Positions 12,391 to 25,886 of a stretch of 64,000 bases of DNA are shown in pieces. This DNA is from Balanoglossus misakiensis (taxonomy: Eukaryota; Animalia; Hemichordata): assembly GCA_040954595.2 (NCBI GenBank), contig CM082577.2, positions 11,255,654 through 11,319,653 of the forward strand, in the 5' to 3' direction. The position numbers and the translations under genes are program-made. How positions within the stretch are numbered: the first letter of the stretch is position 1; the number at the start of each line of letters is the position of its first letter. The notes beneath the pieces were generated by a model. It was not told the DNA's origin. It searched no databases and worked only from the letters and a program-made list of their open reading frames with translations.

Positions 12391-15300
12391 GTAATTGTCA
12401 GGTGGTTGTTAATGCTGTCGACCAAACGCTGGGCGGATTGATGGAACAGTTCTGTAAAGACTTTGGTCTACGCGTGGTCAAAGATGACAGCGAGGCAAAA
12501 CACCAGAATATAATTCAGACACTTAAAGAACAAGGCTTGGAAGACGCAAAACTGATTATTGATGCGCGGGTCGCAGACGACGACAGAAATGTTGTACGAA
12601 CCAGCGATGGACAGGAGCTGACGTTCAAGCCCTTCTTGGAAGGTTTCCCGAAGGACTATGGAGACTGTATAGAAATGAGGTAAGTGTAATCAATTGCAAT
12701 CAATCATGTAAATCAATTAAATGTGTCAGTAGTTACCCGTCCTCACCCTGGCAGTCTACAAGCGATGACATCATTCAACTTTACCGCGTGTGTTGTTCGA
12801 TATTAAGTGCACTGTACACTGTATAAGTTTTCTGCAAGGGTTTTCTGTATATGTTGTCCAGAGCAAAATTGATCTACACTTTACAGTCATTGTTACACTG
12901 TTTACAATTTTGATTTTTGTAGTCTATTTCACCAAGGCCGGTGGAGGGACAGAGATTGTAATGGTAACTTTTACTATCCAATATGTGAAACTTCAAGTAA
13001 GTTGAAGTGTACTTGTATAAACTTTCATTTTTGATGACAGATGTGAATAAATGACACCTGGATTCAGGCCAGAAAAGTATTTGGAGAAATATAAATTTCT
13101 GTCGGAAGAATCGCGTTCACTATAATTCACTTAAATGACAAAATACTGAATACCCTTCCGTGTTACGTGAGTGTAGTTTTCCCTTTTGTTACTGTTGTTT
13201 TTCGATTATATTCTCAGTGGAAACATGCCAGACATATGTGTTTGAGAATTAATTGTCAGCGAAATGCAAAATCATCATTACATGAAAAAAATACACTAAG
13301 TCTTGTATTTCAGCGATTAAGGTCAGAAAAGTCTTTGAAGAAATATAAATTACTGTTGGAAGCTTAGCTTTCACTATAAAATGTAGACTAGCCCACTAGT
13401 CGCTTGGCGATTTTTAAATCTCAATACTTTTTGTGTTTTCTGTGGTTTTTTGTCTTAATAAATAATTGCAATACTTTTTGCGTGCATGCTTGCCTTGAGC
13501 GTGTTTTTGGTAATGAGGTGAGTTTCGAATTTGGGACTGAGCTTGTGGTTTCGGGTAGCGTCGACCTACGCGTTCTGTACACATAATGAAGCCCATAGAC
13601 TTGGAGCAAGTCTATATAAAATGCTTAAATAACAAAATATTGATTACCCTTCCGTGTTACGCGAGTGTAGACTTTTAGGGGCTATTACACAAATGTTGGT
13701 CGTTAACGCGTCGTATTCGAGTGATGTCCGTATTTTGGACGAGTTGCGAAGCAACAAGTCAGTTCGCAACTCATCAAAATACGGACATCACTCGAATACA
13801 ACGCGTTATCGACCAAAATTCGAGTGATAACCCCTTTATCATACATGCCTACCTATAAAACAGTACGATTTGCGAAAAGGCGCCAAGAAAAACAATTTCA
13901 TTTCACGGCCGGAAATTTGAACCGGGCGCCCTCGGATCATGGCAGTAGCCCATAGCCAAGTGAGACAGAGCGATGCGAACAGGTGATCAACGTGTAGGCC
14001 GTAGTATTATTCTAAGGGGGTTGGCAGCTTTCATTACGATGGGCACATCCGCATTCTAAATAAAATTGTCTACATTCTCTTTCAAAATATCATGTTAACA
14101 ATTATTTCGCATTGAGAATTCTGAAGAAGTAAAAATGATACATTCAACATGACAAAACTGCCAACTTTGAAATCTTTATTACAGCTTCTAATAACCGAAT
14201 TTTACCACACCCCTCTTCACTAGAGTCCTATGCACCGTACGTCGCTCGCGCGTGCAGTGAACTGTCGCGCCGATCACTGAGTCAACGCTATGTGAAGGCC
14301 GAGTTACACGAGGCAACTCGGCAGGCAACTCGGTGGGCAACTCGACGCGCAACCCGAGTCGCGACGCTACATCGAACGGTTACACGGGGCGACTCGACTG
14401 GCAACTAATTGGGCGTAAACAGCGGCTGCGCATGTGCACCCGCCTCAAAAGCCGATCTTCAATTTGATCTTTATCCGATCAATTTGGTGGTTATTCTGGC
14501 AACAGCATGCATATATTATACTTATCAATTAGCTGATCAAACTGGTCATCTGACCAGGTATTTTTTCTTGAAAAAAACACAGTTTGCGAATTTGAACTGC
14601 ATACAATACGCACACTTTATCCATTATGTTTACTATTTACATAATAAACTAACTAGTATTGCACTTCAACAGTATCCTAATCAATGAAAACATGTTTTTT
14701 TCACAGTTAGCACGTGATATGCAAGTCTATATGAGTAAAGAAAAAATACTAGCTTGGGTGCTTAATTTGATTAATACGGAATTTTTAACCGTAATACCAA
14801 ATTGGACAAAATTTAAAGTTAATAAATATTTTTTTTAATAAAAAAGGAGTAACTTAAGTTTAATTACAAAAACATTGACTTATTTTATTTAAAATGTACT
14901 TGAAACCATGTATATTTTTTGTTATAAGAGATCAACCGGCGAGTTTAAATCCTCGTAAGACAGGGGAGAAGATTATGGGGAAATTGAAGACTGTTGCGCA
15001 ATGTAACATTAAGATTACTGAATTATCAAACTGCACATCATACAAATGTGTGAAAAATGCGGAGCGAAAGTCGTGCCAATCTGTAAAAACGTTATCGATA
15101 ATAAACTAAATCCGTGTTTCGAAATACAGTGAAAGTAATAACAAAGCAAGTGGGACTTTTCATTGTAGAATAACGAAGTATATTTTTTAAAGAAGAAATA
15201 TATTGATTGAAAGATTTGTTTGTATGTAAAATTATACAAATATAACTCTATATGTATTTATAAGTTGACATGACCGTGTTTTGCCCAAAAAGATATATGA

Positions 15301-18300
15301 TGTACACTGACTGTGTAAGAACTCTTGAACTGTGGGCGATAATCATAAGCTGGCGTTTTATTATTCTGAAATTCGGTTACGATTTTTGGTTACGGTACCC
15401 CCAAAATCGGAAACGCAATCAATGTCGAGTCAATCATCATAACCATTTTCGCGGAACTGAATAGTAGTTTATTTTTTATACCATCACTGGCAAGATAATT
15501 AGTTAAAAGTTTCTTTAACAAAACTTGAGTTTATATGGAAATATTAAACTATAAACACATACAAATATCCGATTTCATAGCAAATACTTATTCCCCAATA
15601 TTTTCGGAAGTCTACAGGTCTACAGTCTGTAGTTCCTGGTTCGGAAAATAACAAATAAACATCATTTTCGCATGTGCAGATGTCAACATTTATTCGAGAC
15701 AAAGTGGTAACGCGGGGCAACCGATTGCGCGTCAGGCAACTCGTCGCCCGAAAATCCGACATGACGGATTTTGTGGCGACGTCGCCAGACGCGTTCCATT
15801 GAGGCGACTACATCATACACACGAGGCAACTCGGTAGGCAACTCGGGTTGCGCGTCGAGTTGCCTACCGAGTTGCCTGCCGAGTTGCCTCGTGTAACTCG
15901 GCCTTGATGATTTCAGTGCGTTCTCAAAAATAGTTCGAGAATATCTTCCCTGCGAGAACAATAGAAAGTGCCAAATACAGGCGTTGCATTAGGCCAAAAA
16001 AAAAAGAGTTTTGTTTAGGCTTTTTTTTCGTAATTTTCGAACCCGGAAATCAACAGTCAGTGTTTTCTCCAGGACGCGCGATCGCGCGATTCCCCCTCTT
16101 TTACACTTGAAGCGCCCCTTGTAACAAGTTCAGGGGGCGACAATCGCCCCTTCTTGAGCAGCCCACCCGGCCAGTACATGCGCGTCCAAGCCTCCATAGC
16201 AGGCACCGTCAGTCAAAACACTGGGAAAACGGCCGATATTACTGCGTGCTGGCCTATACATTTTAACTTCCCACCCCCCACCCCCAAAACTATGTTGTAG
16301 ATGACTTTCACATTTATTTACGTGTAATTTAGCTCCAGGGCTATAGTGTGCAATTGTTGGAACAGCCTATCTGGATACCGTCTAAATTTAGAGCACACAC
16401 TCTGCACTCAAGTGAACTTGTTGTTATGGTGACTTTTGAAATTGGGTTGGCGGAACGTAACAATTTTATGCAAATTAAAGAAACTGCGTTCCTGCCATGG
16501 CGATTATCAAGAATGTATCAGTTTTCCATGACCTTGTTTTCTTACTTAGGAAGGAAAGTCAATCAATATGTACAGAGACTGTTTATTTGAGTAGTGTGCC
16601 TAGCCACAGATGGAGAAGTGTAGGCAGAAATCTGAAGGAATATATACCACTTCAATTTATTTAACTATTAATGGTTTCACAATCTAATATTTTGGCAGCT
16701 AAACTGAAACTTTTAAAATCAAACAAGAAATTTTTTTTCTCAGGTATAAAATTAAAGAAAGACACTATTGTTTTTGCAGTTGCATTTATTTTATTCATTT
16801 CACTCTACTTGCCAGGGGAGCAGTTAATCAGTCACTCTCCTACCACTTGTGTAATTAATTTCAGGAGAGTTATTTTCAGCTCTCCAGCATTTTTTAAATT
16901 ACATGCCCTGAAAGTTATGCAAGCTGGTGTCTTCCTCTGCAAAATCTACTAATTTAAAGTAGAAAAAACTGTAACTGTTAATATGTTGTCAAGTTCACAT
17001 GTAAAATGTTGTAATTTACTTATGCTGTTTTTAATATGGAATGAAGGCAGTTAGTAAGTTAACGTTCAAAATTGTCATTCCTTGATGTTTACCTAATTAA
17101 CATAAATTATGCAAATCATGATTCCCCCCTACTTTGACCAAATCCCCCCTTAATTTAGGACTATTAAAGAAATATTTCCTGTTCTTGTTTCGCAGAAAAA
17201 AAAAAAAAGAAGCCGCGTCACCGCATCAATTTTGAGATTTTGCTTGGACGCTAAACAAAACTCTTTTTTTTTTTGGCCTTAGACTTGCTCCAAGTCTATG
17301 GGATGTGTAGGGAACGTGTCGGCCATGGTCGACGCTACCCGAAACCACAAGCTCAGTCGCAAATTCGAAACTCGCCTCACTACCAAAAACACGCTAAAGG
17401 CAAGCATGCTCGCAAAAAGTATTGAAATTATTTATTAAGACAAAAAACCACCGAAAACACAAAAAGTATTGAGATTTAAAAATCACCAAGCGACTAGTGG
17501 GCTAGTCTAGCGTTGCATGTACCGGTATGATACATATATATAAAACTGAACTTAAAGCGGGTAGCACGTCTCCCACGCATGTTCCAACTGTAGCCGCTGG
17601 TTACAGACGTTAAGTGAACAGTCGATCCCATAATGCAGTGCTCTGTCCTAACAACAGAGAAGATGGCGGCGACCATAATCTGTATCGGAGATCGGGAAAA
17701 GACACCAGCTCGGGTGAAAAGGAGGGACAAAACCATAATCTACTTATACGGTGCGCATGAAATATGGAAGGAAGCGAAGGCAGTCCACTATTTGAATGCA
17801 TCGAACGGAAAATTTGCTGGGAAGTTACGCGCATGCGCTTGAGACGAGCTACCCGCTTTAATTTTGTTAATACTTGCATGCAAGGGGAAAATTTCAATGA
17901 GTTTTAACACAGTTTTACCATTTTATTGTAATTGTTTTTTTCGATTATAAAATTCAATACATTTGTGCATCAAATTTTCTGCGAAATGCAAAATCATCAT
18001 TACATGGAAAAATCAACTTGTATTTCAGCAACATCCGAGCTTATATCCTTTAGAAGGGCAGACAAAGTGGGCGCACATCAGCTGTGTAACAGTATCGGCT
18101 TTTATTTAGTGTCCATCATAAACGAACGGGATGAAGAAAAGCTATTTTATCAGTGTAGTCCCAAGTGTAGACGGGATATGAGATTTTTAACGTGGATAGA
18201 TGCACACATCGCGGCTGACAATACAGTGAAGACAAGCAGTGGTTTGGTGTTGGAGTACACGCCATTTGCCAGTGGCCAGCAGATCGACCCCGGAAAGTGC

Positions 18301-20049
18301 ATTGCCATAATGTGAGTGCAAATCAGTTGTGTTTTTCATAAACTTATAAATTATGCCATACTCTACGTAGCTTCATTTGCATAAGGGTGGATGCAAATGC
18401 ATACACAAAATATTATGATATACCATATGGATATACACAGCATATACCTTTAGTATACTAAAGTTGTACTTTACAGAGATTGGGTGCAAATCACGTATAA
18501 CCAAACTTCACCAAAGACACACTTTTTTCTCAAGTTTGATCGATACGAAAAGTTGCTAACAAATGAGAGACAATCAACATTACACAATTTTAATGGTACG
18601 CTACATTGTATTTGATTTGCTATTTTTAACTGAAACTTCAAAATGCGAGTTCCTTTATTTTGACAGATGTTCCACAGATACATTACACTGCCCATGGCTT
18701 ACTGTACCTTGTGATGGGGGAGATTCGAATATTAGGTATTTTTGTGGTAAGGGCAAATTACTAGTGAAACCAAATGGTACTTCTTTTCATACGACAATGT
18801 GAAATCATTGCTAAGAACTACAGAACTGTCACAATCCATTTAAAATTTGGTGATCTAAAAAACAACGAGTTTACATCACCCTGAGTGAAAAGGCTTCTTT
18901 TAGTGCATGCATGGCTAAATTACATGTCAGTTACGGTGATGCCATTATTCGTACATTTGGAACCAAATTTCTTGAGAATCTCTCATTTACGCTAGATATT
19001 AATTTAGCAATCTATAGAAATTAACTTAAACATTACTTGCACGGTGTGAGTAGTGTCAGTACCAAGCTTCGTTATCATTATTAAAATCAATCATAATACA
19101 ATCCCTTTCATTAGGAAGGTTTGATTACTGAGTTACACCATCTATAATAGATATTGCAAGATATATCAAATTGATGCGTTGGAGGTGTAATCTTTATTCA
19201 ATAAAGTTTGTCAAGCGTCGTGTGGGAGGTAGATTGTAGTCATCGTGTTAAAGGTCTGTGAAATGTGATCTCCGGTGAACTTAAGTCTTGCAGTGAAGTT
19301 ATCAAGAATGAAATGGACGCACAGACTCGCAGAGTTTTTCAAGCGTCACGTGTGAGGTAGATTGTATTCATCCTGTTAAGGTGTCTGAAATGCGATCCAT
19401 TGCAGTGAATTTTTCAAGATACAAATTTTTCATTATGAAATTTATTATTTATCATATAATTTCGATCGCTGTACCGCTGTCAGAATTTAACACAATCGTA
19501 CTATGGTTATGAAACCTAATACTTTAAGACTTAGTTTAAGCTTATTCACATTAGGCGTTTCTTTTGTGTGGAGAAGCATCTCCCGGGCCGTGCACGACAC
19601 ACCGTTAACGCAATGTATAGGTCATTTTATATGCATGGTTGTAGAATTGCTGATGGAATTATTAAAATATACACATATTTTGACAGCATACTTGAGCCTA
19701 TGGGTTTTCTGATTAAATAAATGACTATTAAGCTCAATTTAAAAAAAAATAAAGATTTTATTACACTCACGCAGTTTATATACATGTTTGTGTCATTTTC
19801 ACTGTAGATAATGACGACTTTCCTTATCTGATACCACGTTTGGCCGCAATAAATGGCACTGGAAAGCAGACGACAACTCTTGTAAGGGAACACCTATTTT
19901 GAAATTGCACAGTTGTTGTACATTGCACTATGAAACCACAAAACCTATCTTCGTCCACTAAAGGTTAGAAAGAACAGGGATAAATGCACTATCGAAACAA
20001 CCACTATGTGTAACATGTCAGAGTGGGTGCAACATGGATTAATAATACG

Positions 20050-20107
<58 letters not shown>

Positions 20108-23100
20108 TCCTTTCATTCTGGTTTTTGTGCTCTTCTTCGTTTTGACCTGAATGTACCGTAACGTAGAAACAAGAAAATCCAGACATGTTGGAACTGAAAA
20201 GTAAAAACATCGATGAATTTGCTTTAATAATAATAATTTCTGAAATGAATATTTCAGTACTGTACTGTACACAATTACTATGACATTTTTCTCTCGACAG
20301 AATCTTGCAGTGATCGACAATCTGGTCAGTTTCACCTCAGAATTTGTCAACAAAAACACACTGTTTGAGGATAGCATTCTGCTTTCGCAAGGTTTGCCGA
20401 TTAAATTTCTCTTTGTTTTCTGGAAATTCTGTAATTTCAAACTGACGGTTAACGTTTCCTTCAAACCTTTTCAGAAATACTGAATATCATTCAAGATGTA
20501 CTCGACACAATACAGTCCCTGATAGACGTTGATCCGAGTCAAAGGTTGACTCTAAACCAATCCAACGACTTGACGAAGAAAGTAACGGAAATAGTCGACC
20601 ATCTGTCAATGTTTGTTCTCCGCATGGCTGAGAGTGACAATGTTACATTCGTGGTAAACACATCTTCACTCGCTCTAAACGTGGAAAAGAATTCTGCCAA
20701 GGAATTATTTGACCTCAGCGTAATGATAGGAGATGGAAGTGGATTCCAGCTTCCTCCAATAGATGACGTGTTTCCAAACGTGCGGCCGGACGTTGTTTGG
20801 AGCCGAATGGTTAGTATACATCGCCGTCCTTTGTTAGTCACAAATAAGTGGTTTACCACAATGGGGGGGGGGGTGTGCTTTACTTACAGTATACATGTAC
20901 AGCAATTCTAGTAACTAGTATTTCACGGTCGACTATGGACTATGGATCCTTGAAAAAAAAACCTACATATATGAATCGTAGCTCTCATTTTTCTGTGGAA
21001 AAGCAGAAATAATACTCATCCAGTGTAACCTGTGCATTAATGAAAGTTGTCTTTGAGCAATGATTGGCCATCGAGGAAGCCCTATATTATTTAAAAGTTT
21101 GAAATCTTCATCATTCCCATTCGGTCGGTGAAAAACCTTCACAATAGACAGATTTCCCACCAATAATATTTTTTTCATTATTCCAAATAAATTGATTGTC
21201 ATTATTTTATACAATAAGATATATATAAAGATATACAATATTTTAATTACACTTGGATAACTGGCGTCTTCTGCAGTCGTCTGTTTTCTATAAAACACAC
21301 AATTGCCATTGATGAATTTTAAGCATACACACACTCGTGGATCGCTTTATATTCTAACACAGGAGGGTAATTTTGTTTATTAATTCTTTCCTCAGACCTC
21401 ACTTCCCATTTACATCTGTTGTGAGTGAAAACATTAATATCTTAATTCCCCCTCCCCCCCCCCCCCCAGATATTCCGTTTTGCTGTTAATCCACATAAAA
21501 TGAACACGAAGGGATACAGCTTTACCACAGATATATTGACGCTGATATTCAAAGATGAAAATGGTTTCGAAATGACAGGTAGGATGAACCAGAACTAGAA
21601 GTTATTACAGCACAGTCATTCATGTTCGCACCAATCATCGTTGTTTGATCAACATCTCCATGTTTTCCCTGCAAAGCACCTCAAAACAAATTAGTGATTT
21701 GACTTTTTTACGTAGTTCGAAATAACATAATATTATTGAAATTTTATAGGTTGATGCCAGTTTGCTTAAACTGTATAAGAAAGTGACTGTTGAGATAGGA
21801 TTATTATGTGTATAGAATAAGCCGAGGACTTGTATCTTAATTAGAATTTTTCAGCAGAAAGATACACAGTGGTTATAGCCTTGTCATATCTCCATATGTC
21901 AATCAATGTTACCAGCTGTTAGACGAGTTAGCCTTTTCACTCTATAATGACAACGGGTTAATGTTGTCATTTCAGTGAAAGAATCCACAAAGGATATTGG
22001 TATATGGCTTGGAAATTACCAAACCCCATTCAATGAAAGTATTGTAAGAGGAAAGTACATTGAAGCTGAAGGAGTGACCCACTATGAGTTGGAAGTAACG
22101 GTAGGCTTGAGGGCTCATTAAACAGACAACTATTGTCTGCGTATACCGGCGTTTGCATTTTCACGTTTTTTATGTTTTTAGGTAATTAGGCTGTCAGGAG
22201 AATATAATTATTTAATGATCGGTTGATTAATAAATATTACATAAAGACTGACTGATTCACATTAACATTTACTTGCAGGCACTGATTATGAGCAACGCTC
22301 TCCAGATCACGTTGGAAGCATCAGCCCCTATCCATGAGACCACCATAGCAATTGTATCATCTGAAAGACCTGGCGATCCTATCAAGCACGGCGGTTTTCA
22401 GTTGATCATTGAACTGGTATTCGACGGCCGTTTTGCATCCATATTTTTGCCGGAAAATAAGATAACACGAACAGGGTTTTACTACGTGACCTTTGACCTT
22501 AATGGTAAGTGGCAGAAAAGGACATGTAAATTTAACGGTCTGTTTCACTGCGACGTTCCACTTGGTCATTGTTTGTGGAAATATTTCGTTTCAAGAATTT
22601 TTTATTGTCTATGGCAGAGGCATACATGTATATGTCAGTTGGCATAAGGTTGGGGGTTTCTTGTCTGCATGACAACTATATTGATAGTTATCCAACACCC
22701 ATGCGCTGTATACGTATGTTAAAACACAGGCTTCGCCCCCCCCCCCCCTTGTGAACCTTGTGTCTATAGGGCTAATTCCAGCTGTTTGGTGTAACCATAC
22801 ATACGTTCATTTTCAATTTTACAGCTTGTGGTATTGACATCAGCGTGACAACCACGCAGCATAAGTGCAGTACTTTCACCGACAGTGGTTGGGAAAACGT
22901 TGGATGCAAGGTATGGCATCGCTTGCTACATGTATGTCTGATTGGTTTGGAGGCCTGGTACATGTACATGTACTTGGACGTGTCAAAATGTGTTACACGC
23001 ATATAGGGTGTAGAGAGGCAGAAACCTTCAGAAATGATGCAATTAGGTGGTCAGTTGTTTATTAATTCTGTGAAATGGTCAAATGGGCCCACTTGGTGGT

Positions 23101-23442
23101 TTTGAAACAAAAATGTGCACCGCCACAAACAAATCCACGTTAGTTCATGACTATTGGTACTGGTTCGAAGAAAGGTACAGAGGAGTTATACCAATTCCCT
23201 CCTCGGGTATGATAAAACCCTCGACCCCGATATTCTCATTCCCAACTCCACAATCTTATATCATCAGTGACATATATTCACGAATTATATTATTTCAGTA
23301 AATGTTTAAATAACCGTTTTCTTTTCTGTGTTCCATTTGTTAGGTATCACCAAAGTCCAACTACAACTCGACTCTGTGTCTCTGCAATCACATGTCTACG
23401 TTTGCTGCATTGGTTGAAGTCGTTGATCTGGTGGAAATTTAG
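12391..23442 (+). CDS. Two C-type lectin domains + GAIN/GPS protein, copy 2 (no start or signal exon found)
   Basis: Phase-compatible exons: 12391-12679 and 12923-12996 (CTL-1: FCKDFGLRVV..GDCIEM/SLFHQGRWRDRDCNGNFYYPICE), 18029-18311 and 18667-18746 (CTL-2), 19808-19881, 20301-20391, 20475-20809, 21470-21578, 21976-22100, 22279-22504, 22825-22910, 23344-23442 (CLCNHMSTFAALVEVVDLVEI*). Confidence 0.85.
14296..15904. mobile_element. PIF/Harbinger-like non-autonomous element, 1.6 kb
   Basis: TIR AGGCCGAGTTACACGAGGCAACTCGG / CCGAGTTGCCTCGTGTAACTCGGCCT; 3-bp TSD TGA; subterminal GGCAACTCG repeats; empty site at about 1070 in copy 1. Confidence 0.9.
15990..17509 (-). mobile_element. Inverted TAGACT/AGTCTA element (body 17282-17509), host of the nested insertion
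   Basis: Reverse complement of 157-388; 9-bp TSD GCGTTGCAT at 15981-15989 and 17510-17518. Confidence 0.85.
15992..17278. mobile_element. Non-autonomous TIR element with TTA TSD (Harbinger-like), nested in the tip of a TAGACT element
   Basis: GGCCAAAAAAAAAAGAGTTTTGTTTAG / CTAAACAAAACTCTTTTTTTTTTTGGCC; TTA at 15989-15991 and 17279-17281. Confidence 0.85.
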
Positions 23443-24504
23443 ACGCAGTCGTTACATCCTACACTTGACCCAAATGTCCACAGCGGGGGATTTCACTCAA
23501 AGTAAAACTCCCAGAATATTTAACCACCAATAATTCCTGGTGTTAGATTTTAGAACTTTCATTGTAAAGCTGTTGGTGTTTTGTTTCGCAATTTAGTTAG
23601 ATGGTGCATCATTTTAACAAGAAAGTTTCAGTATTGGAAAGTGCAACAAGCTTTGGAGATGGAACAGTTATACACCTTGCATTTTAACCAATTTAAAAGC
23701 AAAGCAAGTGACAGTGGATGATATACTTAATTACCGTCATTAAATTATTTCTTAACAGCTACTTGTGATTGAACAATTGAGTGATTTAGAGGAATTTTTT
23801 TTCAATTTTTCAAGCTGGATCAACAGCGTTAGCTCATCCCATAATTGGCAATTGCTTACACTGTATATATAATTGAAGTAATGCAACTGATAGAAGACCT
23901 GGGATGTGGACAACAACTTTAAAGTACAATTCTGCCAGATATGTAGAATACACTTCGTGTTACATTCCTATATAGGCCATGTATTTCGCATTTTCTTATT
24001 GTAGAAGGTTTTACCCAAGTTACAGTCACAGATTAGTAATTATGCGAGCTCTAAAAAATACATGCACACGCCGGTGGCAGACTCTCTATTTCTTAACTTC
24101 CGGTTTGCGCTGGCTTGGTGGAGACCTTAGAAATAGCGTAAACAAACATAAGTTTTTGTTTATTATATCAATCATTAACAACAAACAAACTCTATATACA
24201 CACTACAAGGAGGAAGGGCTCCTTTGTCCAAACACTTACAGAAAATTGAAGGAAACACCTGTGTGAAAAATAGGGACCCTCCCTCAAATCCGCAAATCAC
24301 AGGATTGGCGTCTAAACGTCACCGACCTAAAGGTTACACCCACACTATTGCCGGGTAATCTCTGTACCGCTTCGAGGTGACGTTCCACATTCACACCAAG
24401 GCAAAAAAAAAATCGCGACTCACCCACACTCTCCTTAAACTTTAACAGTAAGGTACGATCTTTTCTACGGAGGCTTAATGAGGCCACAGGAGTATTTTTT
24501 TTAT

Positions 24505-24760
24505 TTCATACCTGTAATTTTTTTTCATGCCTGTAATAAAAAATTCATACCTGTAATAAAAATTTTATTCCTGTAATAAAAAATGTCACACCTGTAATTT
24601 TTTTCATGCCTGTAATAACAACTTCATACCTGTAATAAAAATTTCATGCCTGTATTTTTTTCATGCCTGTAATAAAAATGTCATGCCTGTAATAATAATT
24701 TCATACCTGTAATAAAAATTTCATGCCTGTAATAAAAATTTCATGCCTGTAATTTTTTTT
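24505..24760 (+). repeat. ~20-bp minisatellite, copy 2
   Basis: Same unit as 8200-8430 with a different order of variants. Confidence 0.95.
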
Positions 24761-25095
24761 ATACTTTCGTGACCTTTGAACCTACAAGATCTGCTCAGCT
24801 CAGCTGAGTTCAAGTGTGATATTGCGGTCAAAGTTAAGCATAAACCTTTGATATCAACATTCAGGAAGAGAGTAGAAAATACAAACAGAGGTGTCATAAC
24901 TTGAGCAGGTTCCAGCGACACAGAGTAAGCTGAGCCAGTCACTCTACATGTAAGATAGTAAGTTGTAAGTTCAAAGGTCATGAAACTAAAAAAAAAATTA
25001 CAATCATGAAACACTTCACGTCATCATGCATGCCTGTAATTTTTTTTTACTTTTATGACCTTTGAACCTTATACATCATCTTGTGACCCTTGGCT

Positions 25096-25552
25096 TAGTA
25101 TCGGTTACCCAGACACCTTTGCTTCTTCCGATGCTCTCCAGAAAAGGGTCTGGGGAAATGCTATTGAAAGCTTTGTAAAACAAAATGGCCGATGTCAGGA
25201 TTTTGATCATCGCCTGATTGGCTGAGCTGTTAGTATGACCCGGGTCACTGCAATAGTTTCGACAATCGTCTACCAAAGATATTTCATATAATTTCTCCAA
25301 CAATGCTAACAGAGGACGCCTTTTGCCTTTCGCATCAACCAACAAGTACCGGTCTCTTGATATGAAGATACGACAAATAATCACACATTGTCGAGAGTCA
25401 GTGACCCGGGTCATACTGACAGCTCAGCCAATCAGGCGATGATCAAAATCCTGACATCGGCCATTCTGTTTTACAAAGCTTTCAATAGCATTTCCCCAGA
25501 CCCTTTTCTGGAGAGCATCGGAAGAGCAAAGGCGTCTGGGTAACCGAGACTA
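25096..25552. mobile_element. MITE with ~155-bp TIRs and 9-bp TSD
   Basis: TAGTATCGGTTACCCAGAC / GTCTGGGTAACCGAGACTA; CCCTTGGCT at 25087-25095 and 25553-25561. Confidence 0.92.
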
Positions 25553-25886
25553 CCCTTGGCTCAGCTCAGTAAGCAACAGGCCACATTTAGCATCAACCCA
25601 TACAAGGCAGTCTGTAGAGAATGCAGAAAAAGTCGAACCAGCTATATACATGTACCGCTTGCTATGAACTGTTTTGACAGCACTAGTCATTTGTGGTGAA
25701 TGAGCAGGCCCCGGCGTAGCTCTGTGTGGCTCGCCGTAACAACACAGCCCTGCCACACACAGCTAGCCCCGGCGATACATCGTACCTTGCAGCTTAGGGA
25801 CCGTTCAGCTTTTACGGCTGGGGGGGGGGGGGTTGTAAGTTTGGGTCATCTGTTTTCGAAAACAGGCAGACGACTTCCCTTTGACA

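Larger units (their letters stand above)
13228..24760 (+). repeat. Segmental tandem duplication, copy 2 (probably begins near 12066)
   Basis: Colinear and near-identical with 1-8430 apart from transposon indels. Confidence 0.95.
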
